Assembly (NCBI RefSeq): GCF_009914755.1
Contig: NC_060936.1
Direction: 5' to 3' (one strand)
Length of the DNA stretch: 64,000 nt
From: the human T2T-CHM13v2.0 reference genome, Homo sapiens
Shown: piece by piece, positions 14,301 to 29,840 of the stretch
Numbering within the stretch: position 1 is the stretch's first letter
Layout of the letters: each line of letters starts with the position of its first letter
Notes under the pieces: generated by a model
The model's input: only the letters and a program-made list of their open reading frames with translations
Told to the model about the DNA's origin: nothing
Database searches by the model: none
Position numbers and translations under genes: made by a program

Positions 14301-16644
14301 TGGAGGAGGTACTATGAAACCATGATGAATAAAAAGCTCACATGTAGAAAGCCACAGATTGAAAAAGAGTGGGTCTTCTGTATTGATCATCATTTAAAGC
14401 CTATTACCAAAAACATGAAAATTAGGAACTGGATAATACTTTTCATTGAGATATTTTTTAACTTGCATTAATAAATATTAGTATTATTCCTCATTTCCTT
14501 TTTAACTGGAAGGCTTTTATTTTATATTTGAAAGCTAAAGGAATATAAGAGTCAAATTTTGATTTGATCATACCATGCAAATTAATTGAATTAAACTTGT
14601 AAAATAAGTCACAGAATAGTTCATGAGGCTTATAAATAATTAATGAGTCTGGTTTAAAAAAAGGGAGAGACTAATTTAGTGATTTACTTTTCTAAATATT
14701 GAAGATATTAAAATAGATGGCTTGCTGCATTTTTCCTTGGATTCATTTTATTTTTTTCATTATCGTACAAAACGTCTTGTAATCCAGTTATCACTGTTGG
14801 TGATTCCCTAGATATAAACTCAATTTAACAATTAAATTTTTAATTACACAATGAATAGACATAGGATGCTTGAACACTGATTAACTTAAAAGTAGATTAG
14901 TTCATGAAAAAGTTTAATTTAACATTAACTTTAGTAGAGAGGAGATGCTACAGAAAGTATATTCATATATTTCAGTGAGCAGAGACTTTAGCAGAGAGAA
15001 AATATCCTTTCTGCCATAGCAGATTTAAATCACTATAAATATTTTACAATCTCAGTTTCCAAGAAAAAAACCAAAACATAGCAATGGCTTAGTTACTTAT
15101 CTTCTCATTGCTCTCTCATAAAAAGCATCAAGGAAAATGGGAGTGGGGGATGCAGAGTTCACAAACTGTATCTTAGATACACCAAATGTTGTGTAAACTA
15201 CCACAGAATAGAAAAATGGAAAATTGTTTTCTATAATCTTCAATGTTAAAATGCTTCTGAGTTCAAATAAAGATTCTCTTTCTCATTGATGCAAATCTGC
15301 TTAGGAGTATGTAGAATAAAAGAGCCCATGAAAGTGATTAAAAATCAATAAACTAATAACCTTTCATAATCACATAGAGTTATTCAATATTATTCACAGT
15401 AATTCAAGGATATATTGATCTTTTAAAATGTGATTATATCATCAATGCATTATGAAATAATATAACAAATTCAACAAATAACCAAAAGGCATAAAATAAA
15501 ATTTAATACCTAGAATTGGTGAATGCGGATAAAAATTAGGCAAATGTGATATCACAGAAAGCTCAAGAAAGAAGGATTTCAATATCAGGTCGGTATTGGT
15601 ATTATGAGTTGGAATATGATGAGAAATTTTTTAAAAAGCCACTTCATTCAGTAAGATGGAAATCACTATGATGTTGATTAATGGACTTTCATGGAATACT
15701 GGGAGCAGTGGAAGGAAAGAATGGGCAGTAGGAAGTCAATAAGTACAGACAATCTGGTGGAGTTTGACTATGAGGTCAACAACAAATAATTAGATTGTGT
15801 GGCAAACAATCCAATTTCTTTAGGATCTACTTTTAAATAACAAATTTAAAAGATTGTGCACTAATGATTCTATTATTTATAAAATTTGTTATTTCTTTCT
15901 TTAATTCACCAGTAGCTGAGCAGCTACAAGGTAGAAAGCATTGTACCAAAGGATTCCAAGAAGATCTAAATTCCATTCTATCTATGAAGAGTTTGTATTC
16001 TAGTTCTGGAAATTAAAATAGTTAAAATAAAGAATAGAAGGTTTAGGGCTGCAATAATTTTTTGTCCTGACAAAAAAACACATAGCGGCAGTATATTTCC
16101 CATAATTATTTCTTGCAGGCCATAGTTTAAAGCTGATCCCAGCAAAATGCACACTAATGCTTTTTAAATTGTATTGTGTCTAGAATATAAAGGTAGGGAT
16201 ATTAAATATGTTATACCATGATAATGTGTAATGTCACTAAACAAAAGGCAATTATTTAAGCACTTTAGGCAGTAATAAAATGAAACTGTAAATCTTTCAA
16301 GAAAAATTGTTGCTTATTCAGAATTCCTGTTTACATATCACAAGTCTCATTCCTTTGGTAAATATCGACCTAGTTTTAGTAACATTTTTGGAGAGTACAA
16401 ATAAATCAAAATCTTCAAACTTCAGAAAGAACAGAACTGGATTAGGAAAACAAAAATTGCAAAAGTAAAGTTGGAAAATTAAGTATTGATAGTTCAGATA
16501 AATTGGTGCAAAACTGTTAATTACAAATATAAATTTTTAAAAAAATTTTTGAGTACCGACCTTGTGTAAGTTACTATGACGTGAATTGGGAGAAATACAT
16601 AAAGGAGTAATAACAGTCTGTCCAATCACATTTTATAATCTGAA

Positions 16645-17520
16645 GTCTCAAGCATTTCTTGTAGTGTGGATCTCTGGGATGAATTATCTCAGTTTTGGCT
16701 TATCTGAAAAAATGACTTTATCATTATCATTGAAGAATATTTTTGGCAGACATAGAATTCTGATTTCTTTTAGCACATTAAAGATGTAATTCCATTTTCT
16801 TCATTTTTTGTTCTGATGAGAAACAAGTCCACACAATTCATACTGCTGTTCCCTTAAATGTAATATATATATTTTCCCTCTTGCTACTTGAGATACTCTC
16901 TTTATCTTTGATTTTCATTAGCAATTTGATTATGATGTCCCTAGATGTACTGTTTTTGTACTTATCTTATGTGGAGTTAGCTAAGTTTCTTGTTTTTCAT
17001 CAAACTTGTGAAAATTTTGAAAAATTTATCCAATATTTATCTCTGCCCTATTCTTCTCTCTTTGTAGAACTCCATTCACCTGCATGTCAGACCACTTAGT
17101 TTATAAGACTATGCTTATTATTTTATAACCTTTTTCTCTTTCTTCAGATTGTAAAATTTCAGTTGATCTATGTTCAAGTTCACTGGCCCGTCTGTTACCT
17201 CCAGTCTGCTTTTAAGTTCATTGAAATATATTTATTATAGCATCTTTAAAAACTTTGTCTATTTCCAATATATTGGCCATTTCCAGTGATTTTCTATTGA
17301 ATTTTAAAATTTATTGACAATGGGTCATATTTGGTTGCTTCTTTGAAGTCTAGCACCTTTTGTTGCATGTTAGACATTGTGAAGCAAAGTTGCAGAAACT
17401 GTGCATTTTGTTATCTTCCTATGAAAGTGTTTTTCTATTCTAACAAACAGTTAAATTACTAGTCACTCTCCTTGATTTTGTGGAGGTTTTGTTTAATAGT
17501 TTGTTATATTGTTTTAATAT
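16645..17520 (-). mobile_element. Old L1M fragment (ORF1 region)
   Basis: Typical antisense L1M ORF1 phrases: 'tgaagaatatttttggcagacatagaattctg', 'gcaatttgattatgatgt', 'atctatgttcaagttcactg'. Confidence 0.7.
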
Positions 17521-17669
17521 CTGAAATGTATTCTTTCAATGACTGATCTTTTGCTAAATCTAGCTGAAATATAGTGGGGACTGGCTATAAGGCAGAAAAA
17601 AACCACTCATGAATTGAAGAACTTTAAAAATGTACATTCAAACTGAGAGAGAAGGGAAGAAAGAAAGCC

Positions 17670-18130
17670 TGCAGCTGTTCCATTGCTCATAGGATTAAAC
17701 ACATTCTCCTGAGACTGAGATACATCACCCTTCGTATTCTCATGCCAGGGAATCTTAAACAGATTTCTCATCCCTGTTATATCCTGCTAATATCCAGGGG
17801 CAGAACCTAACTCATTGCAAGACTCAGAGCTTTTGCAATGCTGTTTTCTACACCAGGGATACTCTTGTAGCTAATGTCTTTCAAACACAGTTCATATTAT
17901 TCCCTCATGAAACTCCATCTAATTCTATCAAATTAAATCTTACACCCTGAGATCTTTCACAATACTTTTTAAAAAATATCTTTATTACAGGTTTTAACTT
18001 ACCTTATTAGTTCTGGAGTTCTTGGTGAGCATTAATTCATTTATTCAGCAACAACTATTGTGTGTACAATGTATCTGGCATTGGTCTGGGTTCTCAGAAT
18101 GGAGGAGTGAAAACAATAGAAACAAATTCT
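17670..18130. mobile_element. L2 relics (mixed orientation)
   Basis: 'ttcccattgctcatagg'-like and 'ttttgcaatgctgttttc' on plus; 'ttcatttattcagcaacaactattg' on minus. Confidence 0.45.
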
Positions 18131-18463
18131 GGCTGGGCACTGTGGCTTATGCCTGTAATTCAAGGTGTGATTGTGAGGCCGAGGTGGTGGAGGGGTGAGG
18201 TATCATTTGAGACCAGGTGTTCAAGATTAGCCTGATCAACATAGGTAGACCCCATCTCTCCAAAAAAAAAAAAAAAAAAAAAAATAGCCAGACGTGTTGG
18301 CACGCATCTATAGTCCCAGTTCCAGTTACTAGGGAGGCTGAGGTGGAAGTATCACTTGAGCTGGAGTTAGAGGCTGCAGTGAGCTATGATGGCAACACAG
18401 CACCCCTCCCTTGGTAACAGAGCCAGACCGTGTCTCCCCACCGCCAAAAAAAAAAAAAAAAAA
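18131..18463 (+). mobile_element. AluJ
   Basis: From 'ggctgggcactgtggcttatgcctgtaat' through 'gaggctgcagtgagctatgat' to a poly-A tail. Confidence 0.9.
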
Positions 18464-18534
18464 AGAAGGAATAATTTCTGTTCTCAGTCTGGTGGATCAT
18501 GTAGGTAGATCTTTCCTTCAGGAGTACTAGCTAG

Positions 18535-18772
18535 TAGTTACAGCTTATGAGAATGGACTTTGGAATTAGATTGCATTGCTTGAAGCCCATCTCTACTGTT
18601 TTTGAGGTATGTATCCTTAAGCAAGTTACTTAGATTCTCTGTGTTCCATTTTCACCACTTGCTATCTGTGGGTAACATTTGGTAGGTTTTTTATGAGGAT
18701 AAAATGAGTTAAAATGTGAAAAGCATTTAGAATGGTGCTTGGCATATTAAATCTCAATACATATTTGACATT
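18535..18772 (+). mobile_element. MIR
   Basis: 'ccttaagcaagttacttagattctctgtg...gaggataaaatgagtt...aagcatttagaatggtgcttggcata'. Confidence 0.75.
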
Positions 18773-19609
18773 ATGAGTTTTGTCTCTCCCACACCTATAT
18801 AATTTTTAAAACATAATAGGTAATAACTACCTACTGTTGGATGATTGAATAAATAAATGAATGAATATCTATGCTTCTGGATTAAAAAATACACAGCATA
18901 TAGCAACATTTTATACTGCTTCTCTCTTTTCTATGTTTTATAACAGAAGCTCTGGCTAGGAGGTGTTATAAGTAGAAAATGGCTGAACTACCTTAATTTT
19001 ATTTGTTAATGTAATAACCAAATTGACCCCTTCTTTACTGCTATGGTCATATTTGCTCATCTATTCTTTCAACAAAATTGTTTTTGTGCTCTTCCTCATT
19101 AAAAACAAAAATGTGACATTCCTTTACATCAGGAATTGACGTGCCAGATGAGAAAGTGATATATATTTAATTATATATAATAAAATCTAGTATACAAGGA
19201 GTACATGAGGGAATAGAATGAATCACACATTTAAAAGCATACATAAACTACTTTAGCATATATTAATTTAAATAATATGAAATTACCAACATTTTTGACT
19301 ATTCAAATGGCAATTTGATACAGGTCAAAATAATAGACAATGAAAAATATATTCCATGTATCAGAATACTATGTCAGTTTAGAAGAGAGAAATCTTTCAA
19401 CCAGGATGATCAAATAAGACTTTAGAAAAGGAGTCAATTAGAATAGATTTGAAGAAAAAGGTAGAGGCGGGGCAAGTGGTTGAAGGCAGTGATTCACCAA
19501 ATGTGGTTCCACAATTTTAAAGGAGCATAGGAAATAATGACCAGAAAACAGATAACCTGAAAAAATAATGGTCAGGTATTTTTGTTAAATAGTTATTTTC
19601 AAGGAAGAT

Positions 19610-19942
19610 GGTGGAGAGAGGGTTCTCATGTTTGTATGCTGGATAACAACCTATCACAAAAGACTGCAGAATTCACACCTTGCACAAAGGCTGTTGCCAT
19701 CTTACACAAGAAACACTTCTGCAAGGACATCTGCCCAGCAACTGCCTGTCCAACCTCTGACTGACATCACCTTTGTTACTGATTTTTGTAGCCAAAGATA
19801 ATGATTTTAAAACAATTATGTAACCCTCTTCTTTTTTCCTTTAAAAACTTTTGTCTTTCTCTACCTCCCTGAAAACACACATAGTTTACTATGTGTATTC
19901 CATTGCAATGCTTTATTCCCCAATAAATATATTTTCTTTTTC
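19610..19942 (+). mobile_element. ERV1-class LTR fragment (MER67-like; family tentative)
   Basis: 'cttgcacaaagg...cttctgcaaggacatctgcccagcaactgcctgtccaacct...ccattgcaatgctttattccccaataaa'. Confidence 0.65.
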
Positions 19943-20449
19943 AAAACAGTTATTTCATTTCATTTTCTTTATTTTTCCCACAGTATCTAACTCTCTGAAG
20001 TTGTAGGGATAAAAAGGAGAAAATAGCAGCTCAAGGCAAAGTATCTCCAACTAATGAAGTAAACATTCCTATAAATTAGGTTTTACAGACCTAATAGTAA
20101 TTGCAAACATCTTAGTATGTGTTCTATGTGATAATATTTCCCACAGGAAAATTTTACTTAATATAACTTGTAAAAGTCCAAGTGACTAATCTGGTTTTTC
20201 AGTATTGTATTGCATAGCACTAAAATATTCTCTATTAAGTCAGCAAAATTAAATTTTATTTTCTTGATTTACTTAGACAATTCATTTAATGAAATGCAAC
20301 AGCATACATTTTTTCAAAAAACTTTTATACTAACAAGGTTTTATTGATCAATAATGAAACAAGCACTGAAATCTAAAATAAGCAAAATACATAAACGTCT
20401 GTTCAATAAAGAAGAAAAAGCAACTGCTAATTAACTTGCTTAAAGCAAT

Positions 20450-21439
20450 TTATTTTTATTTTTTATTTTGTTTATAATTTCAACTTTTATTTTAGATTCA
20501 GGGGGTACATGTGCAGGTTTGTGACATGGCTGTAATGCATCATGCTGAGGTTTCTGGTACAAATGATCTTGACACCCAGGTAGTGAGCATAGTACCTGAC
20601 AGGTAGTTTTTCAGCCCTTAACCCCTCTCCTGCTCTCCCTACTACAGTAGTCCCCAGGATCTGTTTTTCCCATCTTTATGTCTATGTGTACCCAACATTT
20701 ATATCCCACTTATAAGTGACAATATGTGGCATTTGGTTGTCTGTTCCTATGTTAATTTGCTTAGAGTGATGACCTGCAGCTGTGTTCATGTTGCTGCAAA
20801 GGATACAATTTTGTTCTTTATATGGCTGCATAGTATTCCATGGTGTATGTGTACCACATTTTCTTTATCCGAGTGCACGTTTATGGGCACCTAAGTTAAT
20901 TCCATGTCTTTGCTATTGTGAATAGTGCTGCAATGAACATACAAATGCATGTCTTTTTGGTAGAATGATTTATTAATATTTTCCTTTGGGTATATACCCA
21001 GTAATGGGATTACTGTGTTGAATGGTAGTACAACTCTTAGTTCTCTGAGAAATCTCTAACTTCTTTCCATAGTGACTGATCTAATTTACATTCCCACCAA
21101 CAGTATATAAATGTTTCATTTTCTCCACAACCTTGCCAGCATCTGTTCTTTTTAAAATAATAGCCATTCTGACTGGGGTGAGATGGTATCTCATTGTGAT
21201 TTTGATTTGCTTTTCTCTGATCTCTGATGATTAGTGATGTTGACCATTTTTAAAATATTTTTGTTGGCTGCTTGTCTGTATTCTTTTGAGAAGTATCTTC
21301 GGGTCCTTTGTTCACTTTTTAATGGGATTGTCTTTTGCTTGTTAATTTAAGTTCCTTATAGATTCTGGATATTAGATTTTTGTCGCATGCATAGTTTACA
21401 AATATTTTCTTCCATTCTGTAGGTTATCTGTTTACTCTA
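20450..21439 (-). mobile_element. L1PA15/16-like 3' end
   Basis: 'caacttttattttagattcagggggtacatgtgcaggttt...cacccaggtagtgagcatagtacc', followed by antisense ORF2 3' sequence. Confidence 0.85.
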
Positions 21440-21825
21440 ACTACATACATTTCAAGGAATCAGCTCTTTGTTCAAAATACTTCATTTAACAGGAAAATAA
21501 CAGAGCTTCAGGATGCTCAATACTTAAAGCACTGCATGAAGTTAAAAACAGTGTGAATTTAAAAGAATAACATGCAGTAAAATTTCATGCTTTAAAATAC
21601 AAGAAATTTGAACACTAAAGATAGATTGCTGATATTTCTCACTTGAAGGCTTGGGTTTATGATTTTTTGAAATGGAAATTTCAAATGATGTGTATGTTAT
21701 TTATGATAATGCCACTTAACTAAGGGAGAATTATTATTATATTTTCATATTAATTGGTATGCCTTTAATACTGATAGTTATTTTTGTACTTGAATATAAT
21801 GTGAAAATAAGCAAAATACCTATTT

Positions 21826-23228
<1,403 letters not shown>

Positions 23229-23606
23229 AAACAAAATGTCATATTACTGCTAACATAATATGCCTTGTCTAAAGTAGTAATTCAAAAATTATCCCAATAT
23301 GCCAAATAATCTAAACATTGTTCTCTATTCCCTTACAGCTAACAGTTCTAGTCCTAAAAAAAATTATAAATAAAAGTGAATCTACTTGTTATTGGTGATT
23401 TTATAACAAACTAATGAGGTAACACTATTTTGATGTTGTGGAATCACCTTTAAACTGAGATTTAAGGGACCTTTTTTCACCACCTGGGCAATGAGGGGTT
23501 TAGATTAGATTGTCTTTATCAGATCCCAAGTTTCATGATACTAATGTTAAATTCACAGAGATTCTGAAGCTACTGTAACAACGGCTTAATAGAAAACACA
23601 AAGCTT

Positions 23607-23703
23607 CAGCAACTCACCGTGACACGTGTATACCTGTGTAACAAACCTGCACGTTCTGCACATGTATCCCAGAACTTAAAGTAAAATAAAAAAAATTAAA
23701 AAA
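23607..23703 (+). mobile_element. Very short L1PA7/8-like 3' tip insertion
   Basis: 'aacaaacctgcacgttctgcacatgtatcccagaacttaaagtaaaataaa'. Perfect 16-bp TSD agaaaacacaaagctt at 23591-23606 and 23704-23719. Confidence 0.9.
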
Positions 23704-24617
23704 AGAAAACACAAAGCTTATCTTTGCCAGAAGAAAAGCTAGATGTCTTGTCTATTTCTTCTGTTTCTTTTGTTTCTCATAGTTTACCCGCAGTCTGTAC
23801 ACAAATCTTGTATTTGGAGAAAAAAATCTATTCCCATGACATGAAAGCAAACCCTCTAAGAATTTTAAAGATTCAAACAAAGTTATATGTAAAATATACA
23901 ATGTATTATCATGACAAAGAAGGTTTTCTTTCAGTAAAGGAACATTGGTTTAATATTAGAACCTTTATCAATATACTTAACCACACAAAGATAATAAAGA
24001 ATAAAAATAATATGACCATCTCCATAGACGCATAAAAATTATTTGACAATGTTCAACATTCATTAAGGACTAAAAATTTTCTACAAATTAGCAATGAAAG
24101 GAAGTCTTTGTTATTGGGTAAGAGATATTTACAAAAAAAAAATCCCCTCATGGTTAACATCATACTTAACGGCATAATATTCAACACATTCCCCTTAGGT
24201 TGGAACAAGACAAGGATGCCACCATAACCACTCCAATTCAACATTGTACTATAGGTTCTATATAGTGCAAAAATCATGAAAAAAGCATAAAAATTGATAG
24301 TAGGGAGGTAAAACAGAAGACATGATTGTGTATACATAAAAATCTATTAATATTTATAAATAAATTATTGGAAATTAATCTAGCAAGGTGGCTAGATCAT
24401 ATTTAATACACAAAACTAAATTGTATCTCTCTATGCTAAAAACAGGATAACTCTAAAATATTTATAACAGCACAAAAATATCTAACTCCTAACCATAAAT
24501 CTTCCAATTGATGTGCTAGACTTCTACAATACAAATTACAAAATATGGCTGAGAGAAGTTTAAAATAACAAATGAACACAGAGAACACCATGTTCCTGAA
24601 TTGGAAGACTCAGTACT

Positions 24618-25636
24618 TGCAGTAGGCAGAATTGTATTTATTAATTAATTATTTGAGACAGAGTGTTGCTCTGTTACCTAGGCTGGAGTGCCGTGGCGCA
24701 CTCATGGCTCACTGCAGCCTCAACCTCCTGGGCTTAAGCAATCCTCCCATATCAACCCTCTGAGTTGCTGGGACTACAGACATGCACTACCATCCATGCC
24801 CAGTTAATTTTCTTTTCTTTTCTTTCTATTTTCCTTTCTTTTCTTTCTCTTTTCCTTTCTTTTCTTTCTCTTTTCTTTTTCCTTTTCTTCTTTCTTTTTC
24901 ATTTCCTTTCCCTTTCCTTTCTTTTTCTTTCTTTTTTTTTTTTTTTTGAAACGGGGTTTCACCATTTTGCCAAGGCTGGTGAGCTTCAACAATCCACCTG
25001 CTCCTGAGCTCAAGCAATCCACAAGCTTCAGCCTCACACCTGTCACACTGGGATTACAGGTGTGAGCCACTGTGCCCAGCCTAGTAGGCAGAATTTTCAA
25101 ATGAGCCCTAATGATTTACAACCTTGCATAATCTACTCTTGACTGTAGGCAGGACCTTCAACCTGCTTCTAACTGTTAGAATATGGAAAAGGTGATGGGC
25201 TATCACAGACATAATTATGTATTGTTGAGTGACAAAGGTGAAGGGATTTTGCAGATATACTTAACTAATCCCAAATTAGCTGAAGCTGAGTTAAGCAAAA
25301 GGGTGATTGAGGCAAACCTGACTCATCAGGTGAGTCCTTTAAAGAGGGTCTTGATGACAGAGAAGAAAGTCAGAGACTCTTCTGATCGTGGAGAAGCAAG
25401 TCGCCATGAGTTCTACGTGTTCCAGAAGCAAATACTGACAACAGGACCATGAGCCTCAACTGAGACCCCAGACCCTGCCAACAATTTGATTGAAAGTTTG
25501 TGAGCCCTGGACAGAGAATCTAGATAAATAGTGCCCAGATTTCTGACTATGGAAACTGTGAGATAATAAGTGAGTGTGTTGTTTTGGTTTCCTAAATGTG
25601 TGGTAATTTGTTCTGTAGCCATAGAAAATTAAAACA
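24618..25636 (+). mobile_element. MLT1E-like MaLR LTR containing an Alu
   Basis: Starts 'tgcagtaggcagaatt' and ends 'ggaaactgtgagataataagt...gtggtaatttgttctgtagccatagaaaattaaaaca'. Confidence 0.75.
24634..25082 (-). mobile_element. AluJ with its central linker expanded into a CT-rich tract (about 24808-24947)
   Basis: TSD agtaggcagaatt at 24621-24633 and 25083-25095. Confidence 0.9.
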
Positions 25637-27807
25637 CTATTTAAAGATTTAAAACCTAACCCAAATTGACCTATGGATTAAACACCATCCAAATCAATTT
25701 CCTAGTATTTTAAAATTAAAATTAAAATTCTAAAACTTATAAGGAAATGCACAGGATTTATATGAGTCAAAGACATTTTAAAGAAGAATAAATCTGGATT
25801 ACTAATACTACCAAATATCAAGACACATCATAAAGCTACAGTAATTGTGAATGTGTGGTACTGATGCAAGAATAGATGTATAGATGAATAAAATAAAATA
25901 GACAGTCCAGAGATGGGCCCACACATGTATGTTCATCTGTTTTGCAATAGAACACCACTGAAATTTGTGGTGACAATTATTGTCTTTTCAATCAATGGTG
26001 CTAGGTCAACTGGATATTCAAAAGTAACATTAACCTTTACACATAAAAAATAATTTGAGATGTATCATAGATATAAATGTAAATGGCAAGATAATAAAGC
26101 TCCCACAATGAAAATAGGAAAATGTTTTCATGTGCCTGATGTGTACAAACATTTTTGAAACAGTTCACAAAAAGCAAACCATAAAAGAAAACATTGACAA
26201 ACTGTTTTTTTATGATACTAAGATACATGTTCCACCAAGGACATTATTATGAGAGTGAAAAGATAAGCCATTGACTAAAATAAGGTAATTGCCTCACATA
26301 CATACATCAGATAACTCATTTACAGAATATATATCCTATTCAATAAATAATCAGTCAACACGATTAAGATTAAGAAAATCAACCAATAAGAAAAAGATAG
26401 ATCTCAATTTTATAAATGGGAAAAAGAAAAAGCATTACAAAAAAAGAGGAGGTTCAGGTGTCCAAAAATTAAAACATGAAAACATGCTCAGCATCATTAG
26501 TCATCAGGGAAATGCAAATTAAAAGTGTAATGATGTAAGGAAATATCATTGCACAGAATCTAGAATTGTTAAAATTAAAACAAGGACAATGCTAAGTACC
26601 ATCTTTTTGCAACTTGCCTCTTAAAAAGAACTTGGGTATAAGGTATGATTCAGGTTCTTGATTTGCGATTGAATTTGAGTTGGTAATATTAAGTCCTATT
26701 CTTTCCTCTTTTTCAACATGTTAATATATGCACTGGACATTATAGATATTAACTAGTTAGCCTATTGAAAGAAAATTTGTGTTTCCTCAGGTTAACAACA
26801 GAAACTATGGTGCTCTTCAGTACAATGAAGAGAAGAATCAAACATGTTAGGAGAAAAAGCTCATGAATATCTTTTGATGAGACAATTCACTTATAATGTG
26901 TTACTTTCTATGAAAAGATGTGAAGAAATTTTTATAGATATCATGTCCTGGGAACTGATTATTGCACTTCTGTGTAAGAGTTCTTAGTTTTTTTATTGGT
27001 AGTAGTGCTGTTATTTATTTTCATTCTCTTTTCACTTGTTTGCTTGTATAAAGAACATTTAAAAAAAAGGAGTAAGTATAACGGCAGACTACTTCCACAG
27101 AGCAATGTCTTATTACTGCAGTAGTCTATAAGGGCTGCTACTTGTGTGTTCTGCCCTCTCAAAGTATAAGAATCTTAACCACAATTTCCATGAAACTCCC
27201 TATCCTCATAGGAGTCTAAAATAACATTAGAAAGTGTTCTTTGATTAAAATTATGAGAAATTGAATGAGAACGATTCAACTGGCACTACAGAAAAAAAGT
27301 TTGCTACACAGTTAAGTATAATTAAGTAACCAACTATAAATAATTTACTGATTTCCCATGCTCATTATTAAAGCGCTTGCTCAGGTCCTTAGACATAAAG
27401 ATAGGGAACTGTGTTTGTAGAGTGTCTTTTCTCCCCTTGTCCAACCTCTGCCGATCTCTGTATGTTCCATTTCCCTCCAGTCCCACTAAGCTCTGATACA
27501 GTATTGCTTCCTTTTATAAGGGCTTTTATTACTAATAGCAAAAGTGATACGTCTATGATATATTTTATCCTTTTTTTGAACTATAAGATTCTTTCTCTTG
27601 GGTATAGCTGGGTGAATCATTCATAGACATTTAACTTCAGCTGGTACATTAGATTCTATTTTTCAGGAACTTGAAACTGTGATTCAGAGACAGGTAGGCA
27701 GTCTTTGTATGTAAATCAATCTGAAGCTATAAACTCAGGAACAATGAGGCTCCTGTGTATGGAAATTCATGCTAGTCGAAGAGCTCTAGACATAGAGCAT
27801 AGTAGGG

Positions 27808-27809
<2 letters not shown>

Positions 27810-27839
<30 letters not shown>
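27810..27839. repeat. (GT)n microsatellite
   Basis: Directly visible. Confidence 0.95.
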
Positions 27840-27841
<2 letters not shown>

Positions 27842-27979
27842 GGGGATGATATAAATATTGATTCTTGTAGTGATTTATTCCAACTATAAAAATAATTTCT
27901 TTAAATGTTTATTGCTATAAAATGTAGGCATACTCAGGGGTTCCAATAATGTGTGCTACTACATTTGGGAGTGTAAAAA

Positions 27980-28090
27980 TCATTTTTATAAGTAACATCA
28001 TCATTTTTAAGATTAAAAGAGTTAATACAGATAAAAGACTTAAAACAGTTTCTGACAAATAATAGACACTCAATAAATATTGTCTAATGT
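27980..28090 (+). mobile_element. MIR 3' fragment
   Basis: 'gattaaaagagttaatacagataaaagacttaaaacagtttctgacaaataatagacactcaataaatatt'. Confidence 0.6.
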
Positions 28091-28819
28091 TATCATTATG
28101 GAAAGCTGAGTTGATTGAAGTGACACAGAACCTCTTAAAAAAAGAGATAAGGAGAAATGGAAATGACAAGACAAGGAAAAAAGAGACATGATGTGTTCAT
28201 TAGAATATGTGAACATTTTGTCTTGCCAGTGCATGAGTGTCAGAAGAGTAGAAAATAAAACTGCACAGTGGCTCAGTACCTTAATAGATAGTTGAGTAAC
28301 TATAAAAAAGGAAGATTTCATCCCTTCAATTTTCTGAAATGTGCTTTTTTTTAAAAAAAAACACCCACTTTCTTTTAATCCCTTTAAGTATAGAGCCAAA
28401 AAATGTTGCGTTGGAAAGTGTATCAGGAACACATGCAGCCTGAGAAGTAGAAGTGTTTATTCAGTTCATTTGATAAAGTAGTTTGTGAAATTGCTGGACT
28501 GTAGTTTACATTGCCAGATCAACTGTTGCTGAATAGTTAGTTTATAAATTTTTGCATGGGAAAAACGAAGGAGGATAATAGCAAAGAATTGTTTGGACCA
28601 AGATATATGATTTGGCTGTCCGTACAAGCCAAACTCAGGACACAAAATGGCAATGCTCTAATTCAGTTACGTAGAACAAATATCCTAGAATTTTTTTTCT
28701 AAGTTACAGCATATAATCTTGCCTTCTATATTTTAGATTGGGTACCAATAAAGTCATCAAATAAAATGCAAATAAAGCAAAAATAGTAGAAGAGAAATAT
28801 TATCTTTTATTTATCTTTT

Positions 28820-29840
28820 ATTGTGTCAGAATCTCTGCTAAGTGCATTACGCATGTTACTTCTTTCAATTCTACAGCCACTCTTATAAGGCAGCCTGCAG
28901 AGGATGTTGATTTTGGCATCCCCAGCCATGATTTCTGTCTCTTCCCCCATTGAGAAGTCACTATGTGGTTTAAGACTGAACCCACTCCAGATGCACACTT
29001 TGGTCTAAACCAAAATAAGAATACTCCTTTCCATTCTTATTTTCTTTCTGCCATAGAATATTTTTTTTCTTTCTTTCTTTTTTTTTAATTGAGACAGAGT
29101 CTTTCTGTTGCCCAAGCTAGAATGCATTGGTGTGGTCATAGCTTACTGCAACCTTGAGCTCCTGGGCTCAAGCCATCCTTTCACCTCAGCCTTCTGAGTA
29201 GCTAGGACTACAGGGATGCATCACTACACCAACTAATTTTATTTTTTAATTAATTTATTTTTTTTTGTAGAGACAGAGACTGACTGTGATGCCCAGGCTT
29301 ATCTCTAACTCGTGGCCTCAAGCAATCCTCTTGCCTCAGGCTCCCAAAGCACTTGGATTACCGGATAAGCTGTAGACATGTTTTTAAAGGTGGATATGTG
29401 CCTGTAGGTAGGTAAATCTGGATGAAACTTGGGGCCTTGTATTTGAGGGTTGAGGGAAGAGTATGTCTCTTTTACTCTAAAAGGAATAGTGTGAGATATG
29501 AGGCTCACAACAATTGCAGCCGTTTGGCTTCCCCTTGGTGAGCCAGCATTGGCACAAACCTTAAAAAAATGAAGCCAAGGCCAATGATGAAAGTGTTCTT
29601 GAAATTTCTGAACTCTACTTACATGAGCCAACACATTTTAGTTATATCTGGTTTGAGTAGAATTTTGTGAAACTTATAACTAAGCATCCTAAATGAGTCA
29701 TAGGCATATTCTTATCCCTACTACACACATGGAGAAAGCAAGATTCAGAAATGTTATGTCATTGCCTAAGAAAATAAGTCCTAGAACTAGGGTTTGGATA
29801 CTGTAAGTCTGAACTACAGAGCCATGGTGCTTAACTGATA
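28820..29840 (-). mobile_element. MIR split by an old MLT1-like LTR (about 28896-29700, plus strand)
   Basis: MIR halves at 28820-28893 and 29701-29838. The intervening sequence ends LTR-like: 'gtttgagtagaattttgtgaaacttataactaagcatcctaaatga'. Confidence 0.5.
29061..29370 (-). mobile_element. AluJ
   Basis: From 'gagacagagtctttctgttgcccaagct' to 'ctcccaaagcacttggattacc'. Confidence 0.88.

Larger units (their letters stand above)
23830..26600 (+). mobile_element. Old L1M ORF2 relic, interrupted by an MLT1 LTR and an Alu
   Basis: ORF 23724-24035 ends 'WFNIRTFINILNH...MTISIDA' (L1 RT). Also 'aaagctacagtaatt...gtggtactg' and 'tcagggaaatgcaaattaaaa'. Confidence 0.8.

Noticed and set aside
26775-26880. 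Coding exon after the acceptor-like 'gtttcctcag'
   Set aside because: The frames stop within about 25 codons, the peptides are unrecognisable and there is no convincing donor.
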